Made by a program: the position numbers and the translations under genes. Shown piece after piece: positions 12,307 to 26,406 of a stretch of 64,000 bases of DNA. Numbering within the stretch: the stretch's first letter is position 1; every line of letters begins with the position of its first letter. This DNA is from the human T2T-CHM13v2.0 reference genome, Homo sapiens. The notes under the pieces are model-generated. The model was not told the origin of the DNA and ran no database searches. It worked only from the letters and a program-made list of their open reading frames with translations. The DNA lies in NCBI RefSeq assembly GCF_009914755.1, contig NC_060926.1; one strand, written 5' to 3'.

Positions 12307-12714
12307 TCATATAGCTTGGATATTTGTCCCCACTCAAATCTCATTTTGAATTGCAGTCCCCAGTGCTGGAGATGAGGCCTGGTGGGTGGTGTTTGGGTCA
12401 TGGGGATGGATCCTGCATAGCTTGCTGCTGTTTCCCTGATAGTGAGTTCTTGCGAGATCTAGTTGTCTAAAAGTGTGTGGCACCCTCCAGCCACCCCACC
12501 CCCTCTCTCTTGCTCCTGCTTTTGCCATGTGACATGCCTGTTCCCCTGTCACTTTCTGCCATAAGTAAAAGCTTCCTGATGTCTTCCCAGAAGCAGGTTG
12601 TGGCACTATGCTTCCTGTACAGCCTGCAGAACTATAAGCCAATTAAATTTCTTTCCTTACAAGATACTCAATCTCACGTATTTCTTTGTAGCAATGCAAG
12701 GGCAGCCTAACACA
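12307..12714 (+). mobile_element. MaLR solo LTR, MSTA/MSTB-like
   Basis: tcatatagcttggatatttgtcccc...cagcctgcagaactataagccaattaaa...cctaacaca. Degenerate 5-bp TSD catac/cagac. Confidence 0.9.
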
Positions 12715-12949
12715 CAGACCTTCCCTCTAGTGGTTTCAGGGGACAGTTCCTGCATCTCTCTGAGTGCTCATTGAGAGGGCATCAGTAACACCACCCAAAG
12801 AACAAAGACTGTGGTCCCTCAGTTAGGGACCTAGCAGATAAGTTCCTGAGTCCTGTCTAGAAAAGTAAAGTATCCTGCGGCAAAGAGGAGAGTGATGCAT
12901 CAGTGAGGAACTGCACTCTCATCCAAAAAGCAGACAAAGTACATGAAGC

Positions 12950-13096
12950 TTAATTAAAATTAAATAAAATGGAAAATGTAGTTCCTCAGTCACACTAGCA
13001 CATTTGAAATGCTCAACAGCCACATGTGTGTTAGACAGCATGGACATTGAACATACCCATCATCATAGAAATTTCTATTGAATATCCCTGCTCTAG
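12950..13096. mobile_element. MER3/MER33-like hAT MITE fragment
   Basis: aattaaataaaat...gttcctcagtcacactagcacatttgaaatgctcaacagccacatgtg. Confidence 0.75.
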
Positions 13097-13099
13097 ACC

Positions 13100-16000
13100 C
13101 TGAGAAGCAATATTTTTAGGAACAGAAAGTAAAGATTCCCTATGAGAAATTCTGGGGATGATGTTGGGTTGGGCCAGCCTCTAACTTCCATTCCTTGTTT
13201 TCTGAATTCATGGAAATTATCTACTTGAAACAACTTAGAGCATATAACATTCTGGAAGATTGCGTACCATCCTAAACATGCAACAGCTTCAAGTAGACTC
13301 CTCAATTGTACCTTCAAAAGATTGATTAGCAGATTTTGGGTGGTGTGGGGTATGCTCAGGCCATAGTCATATGCCCATTGCTATAAAGTGGATCTCTTTT
13401 ACAATGCAGTGTTCTGTACGTTTCTGTGTTAGTAGGATCAGTCACTGTCTAAACTCTTGGTTAGTGGTGCTGGCTGAGACAGGAAATGAAAACCTGTACC
13501 CAGAATACATGCAGTCCATGTCAAGATTAAGTATTGGCCTTCCTGCAGTAGAAAGAGTTAAAAATAAATCATTTACCACTAAATAGCAAGTTAGACTCCT
13601 CAAAGGATGATACTATAATGGGAGCTCAGAGTCTGTCTCTGGTGCTGGAACCTACTTATTGTCCAGAGATCAGCCTTGGTGAGTTGGAGCCCAAGATTTG
13701 AGCCCGTGAACATCCTCCATTGCTACCACCATGGTTACTCTGTTTATGAGCACATTTTGCCAGCTAGGGATAGAAGCTGGCTGAGTTATTCTGTCTAGGT
13801 GGTTACTTTTTAGCATTTTTCTTTGGAATCCCTTCTACTGAGCATTAATATGTAATGCAATAATTTTTACATTCATGTTTATTTCATAGGTCCATCTATC
13901 TGCTGCTTCCTCAGATCTTGCCACCAATCTTCCAATATTTTTCTTTCTGAGTGTCTTACCAACTAAACAAAACATTTGTTACTCACCGGTGATTTTATAT
14001 GTAGTCTTATCACGAACCACTTCCCCTTCTACACAAAACAAATGATTAGGTATGCCAGCCAAACTCTGTAGTTTGGGAAGAGTTTTTCTCACCACTTTGT
14101 TCCAGGGATGCTCCTGTGCAAGGAAGTAATGCCCCAGCAATCCATATTCAATTTATATTAACATATGAAGCCGATCCATCCTGGGATTACTTTGTCCTCT
14201 GTCAGCCAGTCAAAAGGGTGGCTTGTCATACAGTCATAGGCATGAGCTGAAGGACAGAACAATTGGCACAGGGGAGCTTGATGTGGGGTATTCCAGGCCA
14301 CCTGCTCATGCTGCTGATTTCTGCCTCTGGCCCCTCTTATGCTTTATCCTCCCTATTACACTGACATCTTATGATGGATTGTTGCTGAGCCCACCCAGTC
14401 TTATCATCTTTTGGTTGGACAAAACCCAGCTCATGATGTATAACCACACGGCCATGTGATCCCTCAGGAACAGCCTCTCAATCCCAGCCAAGACTCAATA
14501 TAGGCTGGGACCTATTTTTTGAATGATATGTAGTACTTCCTTACAGATGACATGTTTCTTCTCAAGAAACCTGGGTCTTAAAGTTGAGGACCTCTTACTG
14601 GGACTTGCTATAAACACTACACTGTAATTTTCATAGTTCCTCCAGGACCATGACGTTTGCCAGATTATGTGGCCCAAGCAGCAAGATGGCTTGCACTTTG
14701 GCATAGACTTGTTCAAGGGCTCTTTCCTGTTCTGGACCCAATTCAAATTTGGCCGCCCTCCAAGTCACCAGGTAAAAGGGTAAAATGAGTATTTCCAGCT
14801 GTCAATTATACTGCTGTCAAAACCCAAAAAAGCCTACCAAGCCTTGTGCTTACTTCCTAGTGACTGTGTAAGATACAGTCTTTTGTCCTTCACTTATAGA
14901 GAGTAGGTCCGGGCATAACCCACTCCATGGAATTCCTGCAGCTTTAATCTTACCCCATGGAATGCATGTGCCACACCAAGGTCTCCAATGTATTCTCTGC
15001 TTCTTGGTTATCCAGTCTAATTAATCTGATACCACTGATACAGTGGACTAGGCATAGAGTTAAATTAGGCCTGAAGAAAAGCTGAAATGCATACTGCTGC
15101 CTGCCATGTAAATATGAACTGCTTTTTATCCTCCTTTCTCATAGTGATGAAAACAAATGCATATGCCAGATCAGTGGTCACACATCTTGTAGTGCAGTCA
15201 ATTGGCTCTAGCAAACACGTTATAGTCAGTGCAGCAGCTCCAGTTGGGGCTACAACTTGGTTATGTTTGCAGTAGTTGACTTTCCTCTCCTAGTTTTCGC
15301 TTGTTTGTGTAAAACAGAGTTTTAAGTTATATAGTGATGTGATTGGAACTACCAGGCCTGCATCCTTTAAGTCATTAGAAGTGGTTTTAATCTCGGCCAT
15401 TCTACCCAAGATTCAATATTGCTCGTGTTTTACTATATTGATTAAAGTTGGGTGTCAGTTTCAGAGGCTTTCACTGTGCCTTGCCCACTATGATGGCTCT
15501 TATCTTATAGGTCAGGAAGCAATATGGAGGTTTTCCTAACTATCCGGTGTGTACATTCCAATTGTACATTTGGACCATAGTAGGAAGTATTGAGTAGGTT
15601 GATGGACACAGTAGGCCCATTGTGAGCTGAGCATGGGTTTATTGCCTGAACGTTGTATGCCTCTACAAAACATAGAAACTATGGAATGCTTTGGGTCCCT
15701 ATGTATTATTGTCAACTTAGACCCTGTGTCCAATAGTGCTTGAAATGTCTGATTTAGATAATGTACTTGGGATTAGGTGGCAATCTCTTCTTGCTTTGGT
15801 GGCCAAAGAGCAGTCCAAGTGGATGAAAGTGACTGTTCCCTCCTCTCCAGCCTCCTGCCCACCCACTGGTCAAGGTGCTAACTAGCAGGGACATGACATA
15901 TGATGGGAGCTGCGTGCCAGGTGCTTGGGGTATGTTCTTTATCCCTCAGCCCTCCAGAGTCCAGTTGGCCTCTTGTGTGTTCCTGCTCTCCCCGTTTTCC

Positions 16001-17270
16001 TCCTCTCCACCACAGTGAGGCAGGGGTCTAAGGTGGGTCCTGGCCCTCCTCTTATGAACAGGCATGCTGAGGAGGTGAGCCTGTGGAGGGGGAGCTCCTA
16101 TACACACCCCTGCCCTCCCACCTGCCTGACCCCTCTACTCCAGGCAGCAGAGGAAGCACATTTGTTGGTTTCAAATGCACTGTTCTGTTTGCAATGTCTT
16201 GTCTGTGTATTTCCTTCATCCTGGTCTTGGTTTTATTGAACATCATGCTTTTAGCATGTTTTTTGGCATGTTAAACTGATAACATCTCAAAAGCAGCAAA
16301 TAAAGAAAAAAGAGTTATTACTATACAGACTTGCTATGGGATAGCAAGATCTTCCTCACGTGGCACCTGACCTCTTCTTTAGTCAGTCAGTTAGCTTGTG
16401 AGCTTCTGACCTTACATGATATATCCACTTTAGCATTCACACTTCTCTGAATTTTTTGATTTCCAACCCCCACCACCTTGTTCTGCCGTGGTAGTCAGCA
16501 TTTGTGTTTCACTGTGTATGGGCCATTGATTTTTCCAAGTGTCTGAAAAACATCCAAGTAACATATTAGTATTATCTCTCTGAGTCCTTGCCAGGATGTT
16601 AAATGCTATATCATGGAAGAGTGCTCTTATATGGATAAACTCTCCCTTATCCAACTTTGTATTTCATCCCGTTTAATCCAGCATCCTCAATATCCAGTCT
16701 CACACATACTCTCTAGGCTGTTGTCAATATATGTTGGCTAAGACCCACAGCTGCAGCTGTCAGCATTTCTCAGCATTTCCCTGGACAGTATATTATTTGT
16801 GGTCTGTTGTTCAGGAGAAAAGGTGGTGGTAGATGCTAAAAAAAAAAAAAAAAAGAGGACACATTATAATGCAAAGCACAGGTCTCTACATTGTCTTCAT
16901 CAAGAGAGTAGGGCTAGCTTTTAATAGGGAGAGTGAGCTACTTCTGCAGATTTAGAATGTACAAGAAGAGCAAAGGTTTCAAAATACTTGAGTGCATTAA
17001 CCCAGATGTAACAATCCCAAATCTCAGAATCCCACTCCTTTAAACCACTACTTGAATTGTGGTGTAGCAGACGTTCTGTGGTTGAAAATTTCACCTTCTC
17101 TGGAGATCTGCTACCTATATTAGTAAGTGTTGGGCCTGATGCTTGGCTTGTTCTATCATCTGGCTATCAGGAATAACTCTATTTTTATATGATGCCAAAG
17201 TGTTTTGACATTCACCTTTTGTTTTACATTGTCAATAATCATTCTCAGACTATTTGTTGACTTACAGTAG
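13100..17270 (-). mobile_element. Decayed ERVL-class internal region (HERV16/ERVL-E/HERVL-like): gag-pro-pol relic
   Basis: Minus-strand translations give gag LDKGEFIHIRALFHDIAFNILART (~16580-16654) and protease QTFQALLDTGSKLTIIHRDP (~15695-15752). RT LVHCISGIRLIR sits at the LVHYIDDIMLIG position (~15015-15051). Integrase LKVQLRSLL...GWYAIFQ lies at ~13250-13317. Many stops and frameshifts. Confidence 0.85.
15758..16311 (+). pseudogene. Candidate retrocopied mRNA 3'UTR fragment inserted in the ERVL
   Basis: A GC-richer block unlike ERVL, ending in U-rich text, GTTAAA (16270-16275) and an A-rich tail (16289-16311). ERVL similarity resumes on both sides. Parent gene not recognised and no TSD found. 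Confidence 0.4.
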
Positions 17271-17340
17271 AAGGAAACCATGGGAAAATAATACAATTTA
17301 TTTAAAAATGCTTATGTGCAATTTGCATGTGTATTTAAAT

Positions 17341-17516
17341 AGATTTCTTAATCTTAGCACTAAAGACACATTTATTCCTTGTTGTGGGGCTGCCTGAATT
17401 TTCTGGGATGTTTAGCAGTATTCCTTGCACCTATTCAGTAGATGCCAGTGGCACTCCCCTCCTCCTTGTAAGAACCAAAAATGTCCCTAGATATGTCTCT
17501 GGTTGAGTGTCACTGA
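17341..17516 (-). mobile_element. MER20
   Basis: ttgttgtggggctgcc...ggatgtttagcagtattccttg...agatgccagtggcac...aaccaaaaatgtc. Confidence 0.8.
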
Positions 17517-18080
17517 TTTAAAGTCATGTTCAGGTGTGGGTTTAGTTTAAGATGATTATACAAAGAAATTATTTCTAAAGTAGGCCAATCTTGTGTGCAT
17601 GACATTTGAGGATGTAATTTATTTTATTTAATTGAAAATTAAATACTGAAAGAATGAGGAGTTAAGAGAGATCACATTAAAAAGAGAAAGCCTAGATGAT
17701 TTCTCTAATGGGGAAAATTAATCATAGTATTAAGTATGTGTTAATCATATTTTTTTCTTGTTTCCTGTACCTTGTCCATGAGAGAAGAAAAAATAGAAAA
17801 TTTTATGATGAATAAAAAATTAGAATCAAAAATTTTAATCTTAGGAAAGAAGATTAAGACTTCTGAGGAAAAAAGCCCTGAAATCTTTGAGAATTACAGA
17901 AACTTGATTCTCTCAAAACTTGGAATACTTTTCCGAGTATAACTGCACGACTGGGTCTTTGCTGTTGGATAATATCCAGTAACATGTGTTTGAAAATTTA
18001 TTACAGGCAGGCACAGTGTTGAGCAAACATAAGGGTAAATAAGCCATGCCCCCTACCCTCAATAATAGTACAGTCCACAG

Positions 18081-18252
18081 CAGTGATTCTCAACTTGGCC
18101 ATCCATTAGAATAAAGTGGAAAGTTTCCCAAAGTACTGTTGCTCAGATGGTACCTCAGACTAATTAAATAATAATCTCAGCTTAAACCAGAGTGTAGGCA
18201 TCAGTAGTTTAAAAGCTTCTCAGGTGGTTTTAATTTGTAGCCAAGATTGAAA
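18081..18252. mobile_element. MER5A/MER5B hAT MITE
   Basis: cagtgattctcaacttggcc...aggcatcagtagtttaaaagcttctcaggtggttttaatttgtagccaagattga. Confidence 0.75.
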
Positions 18253-19840
18253 GAGAAATTTATAAACACACAAGTAAGATAAAACATGATAACTATTATA
18301 AAATAGAAGTAAATATCTGATGATATTGAGGCACTGAGAAATCAATACCAAGAAGCAAATTTATAGAAGTTTCATAAATTTGAATATTATCCCTATTGCA
18401 AAAGATATAGAAATAGAAGATATAATTTTTATTAAGGTATACAAAAAATGCCGGATGAGTAAATTTTAAGACCATGTTAAAGTACCACCCTTGACAGATG
18501 AGAAAAAATGAATAAAATAGTCTTTGGTACCAATCTGCTGTGAGTCCATAGAGCCATTTATACTATCCAAGAAGATTTTATCTTTATATTGAAAATTCCA
18601 GATGAGTTGTTCTAAATGAGAAAGGAGAAAATAAAAGTTCAATTGAATGATGTTTGATTATAATTACTATATACTGTAGGTCATTCAAATTATTAGCCTG
18701 GGGGTACATATTCATTAAATCATTATAAAACCATGCAAATACCAGGTATTCCAATGTGCAGTAGTGATTAATTTTATGGCCAAAGTGGGTAATCATACCT
18801 GCTCTCGATTTTTCCTGGTCAAAATAATCTAGTATGTGCTTTGTGGTGTGGAAATCTAGCTTCCCAAATAATAATTTATTCATAAAATTCAGCAGATCCA
18901 GTTTGGGAAATATTTGGGTCAGTTTTGAATGAATTTTGCAATTTACTCCCATACATTATGCAAAAAAATTCCCACTCTTTTGAATAAAATATAATTATGT
19001 CTACTGAATTGTCATGTACAGAGTAAATACTATGACTATCACACACAGTATGCAGAGAGTTGGGATATTGTTAGTCCACAACACAACATTTGTCTTCAGA
19101 CATTTACTATAGCTCAGTCTTGAACTACAGCAATGCTCCTGTTGAAAGAATAGCTTACAGAATCTATATTTAAGGCAGGATGACCGAGACACTCACTATT
19201 TATTTCACTTTTAATTTATAAGCTGTATAAAAAACCATTTTAGAAGCAGAAATCCATATGCCTGGACATATTAGCCTACTTCCCAAGAATAAAACATTCA
19301 AATAAAATGGTCACATAGAATACATCCTTGTCTATTCCGAAAAAAACACCATCAAAGGAATTTTCCATTATGTTGTTCAATGTTGCTCACGTAAAGATCA
19401 TTCATAAGTAACTTTCAGAATTAAGTTTTTGAAAAATAAAATTTCTATTGTCACAGACAACTGTATATTTTACTATCAGACAAGGACAAGATTATAAATG
19501 TTAAATTACTCATCTCCTTTCATTCCAATACTGTAACCATTTATAACATTCTATGTTTGTGACATTTTGGGCTTCCTTTTACATTTTTAAAAAATATTTT
19601 TATTTCTAGAAAATGTTAAGCTAAATTTATGGCTCAATTACAATAACTATATAATGCTAAGTTCTTGAGATATTTAATTTTTCCAACATCTTGTGGTTTT
19701 AAATTTTCTTTTTCTATTTGTACACTGATATTTTATGTATATTTTATTTTAAGTTGCATCAAATAATTTGTCAAAGTGGGCAAGATAGAGACCCTGTTAA
19801 AAGGAAGCATTTTTCAGAATTAGATATTAATGAGAAACTA

Positions 19841-20054
19841 AATATATATATAGTTATATATATGTAGTTATATAGATAGTTATATATATATATAGATAGG
19901 TATATATATAGTTATATATATAGTTATATATATAGTTATATATATAGTTATATATATAGTTATATATATAGTTATATATATAGTTATATGTATAGTTATA
20001 TGTATAGTTATATATATAGTTATATATATAGTTATATATAGTTATATATATATA
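19841..20054. repeat. (TA)nGT-type array, units of ~10-12 bp (tatatatagt)
   Basis: Read directly; unit length varies and there are tatgtatagt variants. Confidence 0.95.
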
Positions 20055-20123
20055 ATTTGGATTTACTCGTTATACTTTGTTTTGTCTTTTAAAATATAAT
20101 ATTTAAAAATAATTCCAATTTCA

Positions 20124-20443
20124 GGCTGGGCATCGTGGCTCATGCCTGTGATCCCAGCACTTTGGGAGGCCAAGGTGGGCAGATTGCGAGGTCACGAGAT
20201 CAAGACCATCCTTGCCAATATTGTGAAATCCCGTCTCTACTAAAAATACAAAAATTAGCTGGGCATGGTGGCGCGCACCTGTAGTCCCAGCTACTCAGGA
20301 GACTGAGGCAGGAGAACTGCTTGAATCTGGGAAGCAGAGGTTGCAGTGAGCCAAGATCGCACCACTATACTCCAGCCTGGACACAGGAACTCCATGTCAA
20401 AATAATAATAATAATAATCATCATCATCATCATCATCATCATC
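20124..20443 (+). mobile_element. AluS (AluSc-like) with an (AAT)n(CAT)n tail
   Basis: Dimeric Alu with gaggtcacgagatcaagaccatcc. Degenerate TSD attccaatttca/atcccactttca. Confidence 0.93.
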
Positions 20444-20699
20444 CCACTTTCATTCAACAGTACATTGTTAAGTGGTAAAGTATGCCATTTGTTTTGTTTA
20501 AATTATATACATTCATGAGGAGTATGTCTGTTTGGGACAAAAATTAAAATCTAGAATCTTAGAGGTTGTCTATCCTATCAAAAGACAAAACACCTAGAAG
20601 TATATACCCAGATGCAATATAAGATAAATTAGAAATGCCCATTAATCTATGTCCCCATTCAAAATATGTATTCTATAACATATATCTAACACAGAATCT

Positions 20700-20912
20700 C
20701 TAGAACAGTACTGTTCAATATGCTAATCACTAGCACCCTACAGTTATTTAAATTAAGTTAAAATTAAATAAAATTGAAGTATTCAGTTCCTCAGTTGCAC
20801 TAACCATATTTCAAGTGCTCAATAGCCCCTATGGCTGGTGGCTGCTCTATTTGACCATAAAGAATATTTCCTTCACAGTATACATTTTTGCATTGTACGT
20901 TGATAACTTAGA
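20700..20912. mobile_element. MER3/MER33-like hAT MITE
   Basis: cagtactgttcaata...ttcagttcctcagttgcactaaccatatttcaagtgctcaatagccc. Confidence 0.75.
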
Positions 20913-21304
20913 ACTCCTTGTCACCAATTCCATTCCAATTAAACAGCACTATTCTACATAGCTAATGGAAACTTTGCACAAATGAAGACGATTTTCATAG
21001 CCCTACTGAAATGTACTTTTTCTAGTATCACAAAAAATTGTGTTTAACATAACATAAAACTTTGTCATTAAGAAATAGGACAAATCTCATACTTGGATTT
21101 TAAAAATTATTCAAACACGGTAGTACAAAATTAAGAAATCTCCTGGAAGATACCTTTGGAAATTGATAGATTGCAACTTGATGACCCCTTTAAATCAAAC
21201 TATAATTGTGGCTATTTACAAATTGAGGAAAATACTACGCTATTGGAAAACTTCAAGCAGAAGAGGATGTGGTCGCTATTTTTAGAAGTCAGTTCTGATT
21301 ATAG

Positions 21305-21763
21305 TGTTAAAGAAAAAATTACTCGTGAAGCTTGTTAAAGAGGGTGAGGCAAATTTTATTCAAAAGGCAATGCATTGTAACAGGTATAGGGAACACTGGA
21401 ATGGGGTCTTGCAGTGGGAGACCAAGATTGGACTCAACTCTGACTCTAACAAGGATACACAGGGTTTAATAGCCAAGCAGTAGGGTTGGGGAGAGAGGAT
21501 GGAGAATTACTGAGAGCAAACTCAGGTGTAAGGGAGAGTCTTGCCAGACTGACTCCACAAAATCCTTGCTAAAGGGAAACCAGGCTGGTAAGGTAGAGGT
21601 GTCAGATACCAAGGGTAGAGGATTTTTGCTAAACTGACCTAGCAGGATTTTTGCTTAAAGTGGGTTCTACAAGGACAGAGAGGAAAGGCTAAACTCCAGC
21701 CTAGTCAAACATAGGACTAAGAAGAGCCTGCTTAAAGTTTTGGTCAAAGGACTGTCTTTGCCA
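21305..21763 (-). mobile_element. MER31-like ERV1 solo LTR inserted in L2
   Basis: The minus strand starts tggcaaagacagtcctttgaccaaaactttaagcaggctc and ends ttttctttaaca. Flanks atag/gtag form a degenerate 4-bp TSD. Confidence 0.75.
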
Positions 21764-21801
21764 GTAGAAAATGAATGTATAGAGATTAAGACTGCAGAGC
21801 A

Positions 21802-22158
<357 letters not shown>

Positions 22159-22259
22159 CTAAACTAAAAATGTTGATGTCTGAATTAGGGTAGTTGAAAG
22201 TGGGAAAGAGAACAGGAGATATTAGAGAAGTTGAAGAGGCTATACTGATTTTAAAAAAA

Positions 22260-23320
<1,061 letters not shown>

Positions 23321-23329
23321 TGTTTTAAG

Positions 23330-24575
23330 CAATTGACTTGGATCCTGGGGTGCAAGTGGATGCCCAGGGTAGTCCATGACTGCCCCAAGGTGTTGGCCAG
23401 ATGGAGACCATGATCCAAACTGGCAGTGGCAAGAGTGTGAACAGCAGCCACCGTAATCACAGAAGTCTGGCAGGGGCTGCCCTTCCTTGAAAGAGGGGGC
23501 TTGGATTGAGGAGTGCCACCACCTGGAGTCTGGATCGGAAGCATCTGCACAAATACTCTCCACCCTGAGCAGCAGTACAGGAGCTGTTAGTGTTCACGCA
23601 CTATATACCTTGCCAGTGAATTCATACAAAATAAAAGTGTACATGTAGACATTAAAATAAAAAATATCACAGAAATATTGAAATTCTTCAAAGAGTTTAT
23701 AATATCTGGTTTTAAAAACTGCCACAATTTCAAAGCACATATCCACAGACTTAATAGAAGTTAAATTTAAGATAGTTGCAATCTACAGGAAAGGACACTA
23801 TTTTCATATGAAGCTTTGAGTGAATTAATTATTAATGACAAAGGCAATTTTAAAATTATTTTTCCTGTAATAGAAGCTACAGCTATAAAAAACATGCATG
23901 GGTGTTTTGAATTTTTGAATTATATACAACTCTTAAATCCACATTTGGTTTCCTGTACAATCTCCACAAGTTATAGGAAAAATTAAAATGCTGTTGTATA
24001 AATTTCATTTAAATGCATATATTTATATATTAATTACATTACATTTATATATTAAAGTTGTAACAGACTTACACAGAACAGATTTGTATAAATAACTCTA
24101 GAAAAACTATTCCTTAAGAATCACTAGCTATAGATGGTACTAAAATTTATATTTCAAAATAATTTATCAGAAGTTCATTACAATGTCATCACAGCCTATA
24201 AAATACACTGAACTGTTCTAGTAACAGTTGTATCAGCAGAAATATCCTTCTCAAAATTAAAAATTATCAAAAAATTTTGCAATCTTTATTTGCCAAGAAT
24301 GAATGACATCATTTTCAGTTTTGTCAATTTAAAATGAGTTGTTAAACATATAAACATATAAACTTTGATGACTTAAAATATGAATTTTCAGAAAAGCAAG
24401 CCAGGAAAATCTTATGATTAATCAAGATATCACATAAATAAAATATTATTTATTGCATGTTATAAAGTTATTCTAAAATATTACTTTTTGCAATTTGTAA
24501 GTTTGTTTTTACTCATGTATCCTATTACCTTTAATGTGATATATATGATTGAACCACTATATTCCATCCTTGGCT
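23330..24575 (+). mobile_element. Zaphod/MER115-like hAT-Tip100 DNA transposon with a transposase C-terminal relic
   Basis: ~24182-24410 translates to NVITAYKIH*TVLVTVVSAEISFSKLKIIK...FDDLKYEFSEKQARK, matching the hAT dimerisation motif SAERSFSKLK. GC-rich 5' arm at 23330-23600. Confidence 0.8.
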
Positions 24576-24584
24576 TGTCTCTTA

Positions 24585-24787
24585 AATATATATGTATATA
24601 TATCATATATGGTGATATACATAATATGTCATATATGTCATGATATATAAGATATGTGATATATGAGATATATCACATATCTCATATTTATCTCATATAT
24701 CATATATCTCATATTTATCACCATATATGATATATATGATATGAGATATATATATATCACCATATATATATATATATTTATTTATTT
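24585..24787. repeat. Degenerate (TA)n/atatatc low-complexity tract at the Alu tail position
   Basis: Read directly from the sequence. Confidence 0.9.
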
Positions 24788-25070
24788 AAGAGACAAGCCC
24801 AGGATGGAGTACAGTGGTGCAATCATAGCTCAAGTTTGCTGTAACCTCAAACCCCTGGGTTCAAGTGATCCTCCAGTTTCAGCCTCCTGAGTAGTTAGGA
24901 CTACAGGCACATGCCACTGCACTGCCTAATTATTTTTTTTTTTAATTTTTGTTGAGATGCAGGTCTCCTTATGTTGCCCAGGCTGATCTTGAACTCCTGG
25001 CTTCAAGCAATTCTCCTGCATTGGCTTCCCCAAGTGCTGGGATTACAGGTATGAGTTATCATACCTGGTC
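24788..25070 (-). mobile_element. AluJ
   Basis: Antisense Alu with J features (atcatagctca, tatgttgcccaggctg). Confidence 0.9.
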
Positions 25071-26027
25071 TCCCCACTGTGTTTTATAGTTAATAAAATA
25101 TTTTAAAAGAAAAAGGCTTTATATTTTAGTGCCTTTAGCTTTACATTTTTTCCTGCTTTCTAAGCTAGTGCCCTCATTTTTGTTTGACATAGGCCTTTCT
25201 TCCCCAGATTATGTAGCCAGCTCTGCTGAGAAGTTGATTTGCTCTGGTGTAGTATTTTAGAGGCTAGGAAGGTTTTGAAAAAAGAAACGGAGAACAAACT
25301 ACCAAAGGAGAGAAATCACAAGGAAAATAAGGAAGAAGTTAGATGAGCAGGTATGGGAGTATGCATCTTAGGCAGTGACCAGAAATGCTCAGGATGTGGG
25401 TAAGGTTGGAGTTGACTAGTTGAAAAGTAGCCAACAGGGTGAATGCAACAGATCCCTAGTTGATGAAGTGAGGCGAAGAGAGAGAAAGGGGGAATGGGAA
25501 GTCAGACCTCTCTCATTTCTGTTTTCTGAATAATAAATGACAGTTAAAGTCTGGCTAGTTGCCCTCTTGCCCTATGTTTCTTAACTAGCTGACATTTGAG
25601 TTCTTCAGAGGAATCATTAACATTATTTTTTACATTAATAAAAATTTACTCCTTCTGTAGTATCAACATAATGTTTTCCATATAAGAAGCAGCTCTACAG
25701 TAGATCAGCAGCTTCATTCCTTGTGACTGTTGTTTTGGGGCTCATATTTGAAATCAATCTTTCAGTTGTCTTTCCTGGTTTACTAGTAAATAAGGCATAT
25801 CTGTTCTTTGCCTGCACTTCAGACTCTTTGAAAGGGCAATGGTCCAAACTTTTTTTTTTCTTTTGGTGTCTTTAAGAACCCTCAAAGATGCTTATAAAGC
25901 ATATCATATCCTAAATGTTAAATTATGCCATCTCATTACATGAAGAACAAAATCGTAATTCTTCATATTTGTGAAAAGATATTCAGTTCTTTCAGTGTGA
26001 TACTGACCGTATTAGTTTGCTACAGCT

Positions 26028-26406
26028 GACATAACAAAATACTACAGACGGGCTTAAACTATACAAATTTTATTTTCTCACAGTTCTGGAGTCCGGAAGT
26101 CCAAGATCAAGGTGTCAGTGGGTTTGGTTGCACTGAGGCCACATTCCTTGGCTTCCAGATGACTGCCCATTTGCTGCCTCTTCACGTGGTCGTCCCTCTG
26201 AACACCCACCCTTGGTATCTCTCTGTGTATCCAAAATTCCCTTCAGAGGAACATCCGTCAGGTCGAATTAGAACCCTCCCTACAACCTCATTTACCTTAA
26301 TCATCTGTTTAAAGGCCCATCTTCAAATGCAGTCACATTCTGAAGTACTGGGATTTAAGGCTTCAACATTTGAATTTCGGGGGGGACACAATTCCAGCTA
26401 TAGGAC
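26028..26406 (-). mobile_element. MaLR solo LTR, MLT1A0/MLT1B-like
   Basis: gtattagtttgctacagctgacataacaaaatac...gtccaagatcaaggtgtcag...gggacacaattccagc. Confidence 0.85.

Noticed and set aside
18584-18952. 122-aa minus-strand ORF
   Set aside because: No recognisable domain, AT-rich composition and no supporting exon structure; probably a chance ORF.
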